Assembly (NCBI GenBank): GCA_030390025.1
Contig: CM059431.1
Coordinates: 121,770,001-121,834,000, forward strand
Reading direction: 5' to 3'
Length of the DNA stretch: 64,000 nt
Source: Squalus acanthias
Taxonomy: Eukaryota
In this document: one piece after another, positions 61,517 through 64,000 of the stretch
Layout: every line of letters starts with the position of its first letter
Numbering within the stretch: the stretch's first letter is position 1
Notes under the pieces: generated by a model
The model's database searches: none
Seen by the model: the letters and a program-made list of their open reading frames with translations, nothing else
Told to the model about the DNA's origin: nothing
Made by a program: the position numbers and the translations under genes

Positions 61517-63080
61517 GGGCTGAATTTTGCCGGCGCTCAGAGGACGGGTTCGGAGACGTGTCAGCTGTCAAAATAGCAAAGATTGACAGCGGGTGGGGAA
61601 CCCACTGTCAACCCGTCTCCACGCGAGTCTCCCAGACTCGACACCAAGTGGTGGGGGTGGCAATTCACATCATTATAAGGGTTGTTAACATCCAATTAAC
61701 TGTTATTTTAAGCATATATTTCAATATTACGTGCTCCCCCACGGGTTACCTGCTGCTCGGGGAACACGTCAGCTCAGCATGTCGTGAGTGGATTCAGCAT
61801 TGAATTGTCTCATTACCTGACAGCTGCCAAGGTGTATAAAATATTCCACGTTACAGCTGTTCACTTTCAAAGCTCAGAAACTGTTGGTTACTACATTTGG
61901 AAGACATATTGAGCTTTCTGCAGCTTGCAAGTATTTGGAGCAAACTCTCTATCCAGTGCCACCTCATTGGAACAACCTCTCTCACCATTGACAGATCGCT
62001 TCTGTCATTTCAACCTCACCTGCCATCTATTCCATCAGCATCGTTGGCCTTGAAAATATCTCACTTTTTCCTCAGAATCCCACCAAGATCAGCCCCAACA
62101 CCAGTAGCACCAGACACACCAGCAGCAACAACAACAACTCCAGCCTTCTCAGCAATCAACTGATGCTGCACAGGGCACAGGGCATCAGCACTCGACCACA
62201 TTGCTGTCCGGGACTCCAGGGATGGCCTCACCATAGCCAGATTTATTTCTCTTGATGATGTAAACCCTGGCTGCCACATGATGCGCCAGGTTGCCACCAT
62301 CCCACATCAACACCATAAAGCATCCCTACAATGCCCAAGCTATTCCTTTCACATTCATCACCATTGCAGGGGGCGGAGGGGGGGTGGGGAACCCTTATGT
62401 CTCACCATTCACTACAACTCACTAAGCCACTTCCAAAGGTGCACACAAATCTGTCCAAGAACGCAAAGTGCTGAAAATTAAGGTTTCAATGTTTGACAGC
62501 ACATCAACAGAAACTTCACATGAACATTGGCTAAACCACACAAGTGCCTACGCTTGTGTGTTGTTAGTTGGTATGCTTGCAGTAGGATGAAGGTGAGTGT
62601 GAGGGGTGGTTAGTGAAATGGGGAAGTGATAATGTAGATAGAGAGGGATGGGTGGAGGTGCAAGGTAAGTTGGTGTGAGTAAAGGTGTGCAGGAGTAGGG
62701 TAGGGAAGGCAGAGTGATGGGGATGTGATGAGTGGCACAGCAGGATGAGGCTGAGTGTGGCTTTGCAGTAACGCTTCGTGATGTACTGAGAACATTGAAA
62801 GGTTTGCTCCACTGCAGCCTGGTCCTCCTGATGAAATCCCTGCTTGTGCCCTCCTGTGCAATGTGCAACCAGGCTGCTTTAATCTCCTGGGGAGGTGTCT
62901 TCCGCCCATGGGAAGGGAAGAGAACCTCACTGCATGCTGTGATTCCCTCTATAAGCATATGGAGGGAGTCATGGCAGACCTGCACTTTTGTGCAATTCTT
63001 GTCAGTGTTTGCAGCACCTCAATGCTGTAGAATACTGACAGCAGAACTGTCAAAATCAATTTGGACATGGCCCCTTTAAT
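61517..63080. mobile_element. Harbinger-derived remnant with a decayed Myb/SANT exon on the minus strand (about 62770-62985)
   Basis: TIR-like GGGCTGAATTTT start; translation EVLFPSHGRK...AAWLHIAQE...RTRLQWSKPFN. Confidence 0.65.
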
Positions 63081-63089
63081 ATAGGGGCT

Positions 63090-64000
63090 ATGATTAAGAA
63101 GTTTGCAGATGATATTAAAATCGGCTGTGTGGTTGATACTGAAGAAGGAAGCTGTAGACTGCAGGAAGATATCAATAAATTGGTCAGGTGGGAAGAACAG
63201 TGGCAAATGGAATTCAATCCGGAGAAGTGTGAGGTAATGGGGAGGGCTAACAAGGAAAGGGAATCCACATTAAATGGTAGGATACTGAGTAGTGTAGAGG
63301 AACAAAGGGACCTTGGAGTGCATGTCCACAGATCCCTGAAGGTAGCAGGCCAAGTAGATAAGGTGGTTAAGAAGGCATACGGAATGCTTGCCTATATTAG
63401 CCGTGGCATAGAATACAAGAGCAGGGGGCTTATGCTTCAACTGTATAAAACACTTGTTAGGCCTCAGCTAGAGTACTGCGTGCAGTTCTGGTCACCGCAT
63501 TACAAGAAAGATGGGATTGCACAAGAGAGGGTACAGAGGAGATTTACAAGGATGTTGCTGGGGGTAGAGAATCTTAGCTATGAGGAAAGACTGGATAGGC
63601 TGGGTCTGTTTTCCTTGGAACAGAGGAGGCTGAGGGGAGACCTTATTGAGGTGTATAAAATTATGAGGGGCATAGATAAAGTGGATAGAAAGGACCTATT
63701 TCCCTTAGCAGAGGGGTCAAAAGCCAAGGGCCACAGATTTAAAGTAATGAGGGAAGGTTTAGAGGGGATTTGAGGGGAACTTTCTTCACCCAGAGGGTTG
63801 TGGGGGTCTGGAACTCACTGCCTGAAAGGGTGGTAGAGGCAGGAACCTTAACCACATTTAAAAAGTACTTGGATGTGCACTTGGGATGCTCTAACCTGCA
63901 GGGCTACGGACCAAGAGCTGGGAAGTGGGATTAGGCTGGATAGCTCTTTGTTGGCCGGCGCAGACACAATGGGCTGAAATGGCCTCCTTCCGTGCTGTAA
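63090..64000 (+). mobile_element. CR1 LINE 3' fragment
   Basis: KFADDIKI, DLGVHVH, RPQLEYCVQFWSP and RRLRGDLIE. Confidence 0.92.

Overview
Repeat-dense vertebrate genomic DNA with no recognisable host protein-coding gene. The repeat complement (CR1 LINEs with TTCTATGT/TTCTTATG tails, L2, Penelope-like elements, a Deu-domain SINE, many PIF/Harbinger copies) suggests a cartilaginous fish; this is inference only. The main element is a young 9,380-bp LTR retroelement on the minus strand (4093-13472). It has near-identical 1,662-bp LTRs, a 4-bp GCCT target-site duplication (TSD), an 18-nt tRNA-Arg(UCG) primer-binding site (PBS) and a polypurine tract (PPT). It carries an open gag (coiled coil, PSAPPSY double late domain, CCHC knuckle) and an open env with an Ig-like domain, a furin site and a paramyxovirus-F-like Cys-rich region, resembling lokiretrovirus Env. 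It has no pol: after a CAA-UGA-CUAG readthrough-type stop, the in-frame pol slot holds an unrelated 382-codon open frame. A solo LTR of the same family lies at 27114-28811. Also present are a full-length Harbinger (53010-57374; intact transposase, damaged 3-exon Myb/SANT gene), a solo LTR of a second family, a Gypsy PBS/gag stub, Penelope-associated hammerhead-like cores, a 258-bp palindrome and several nested insertions.
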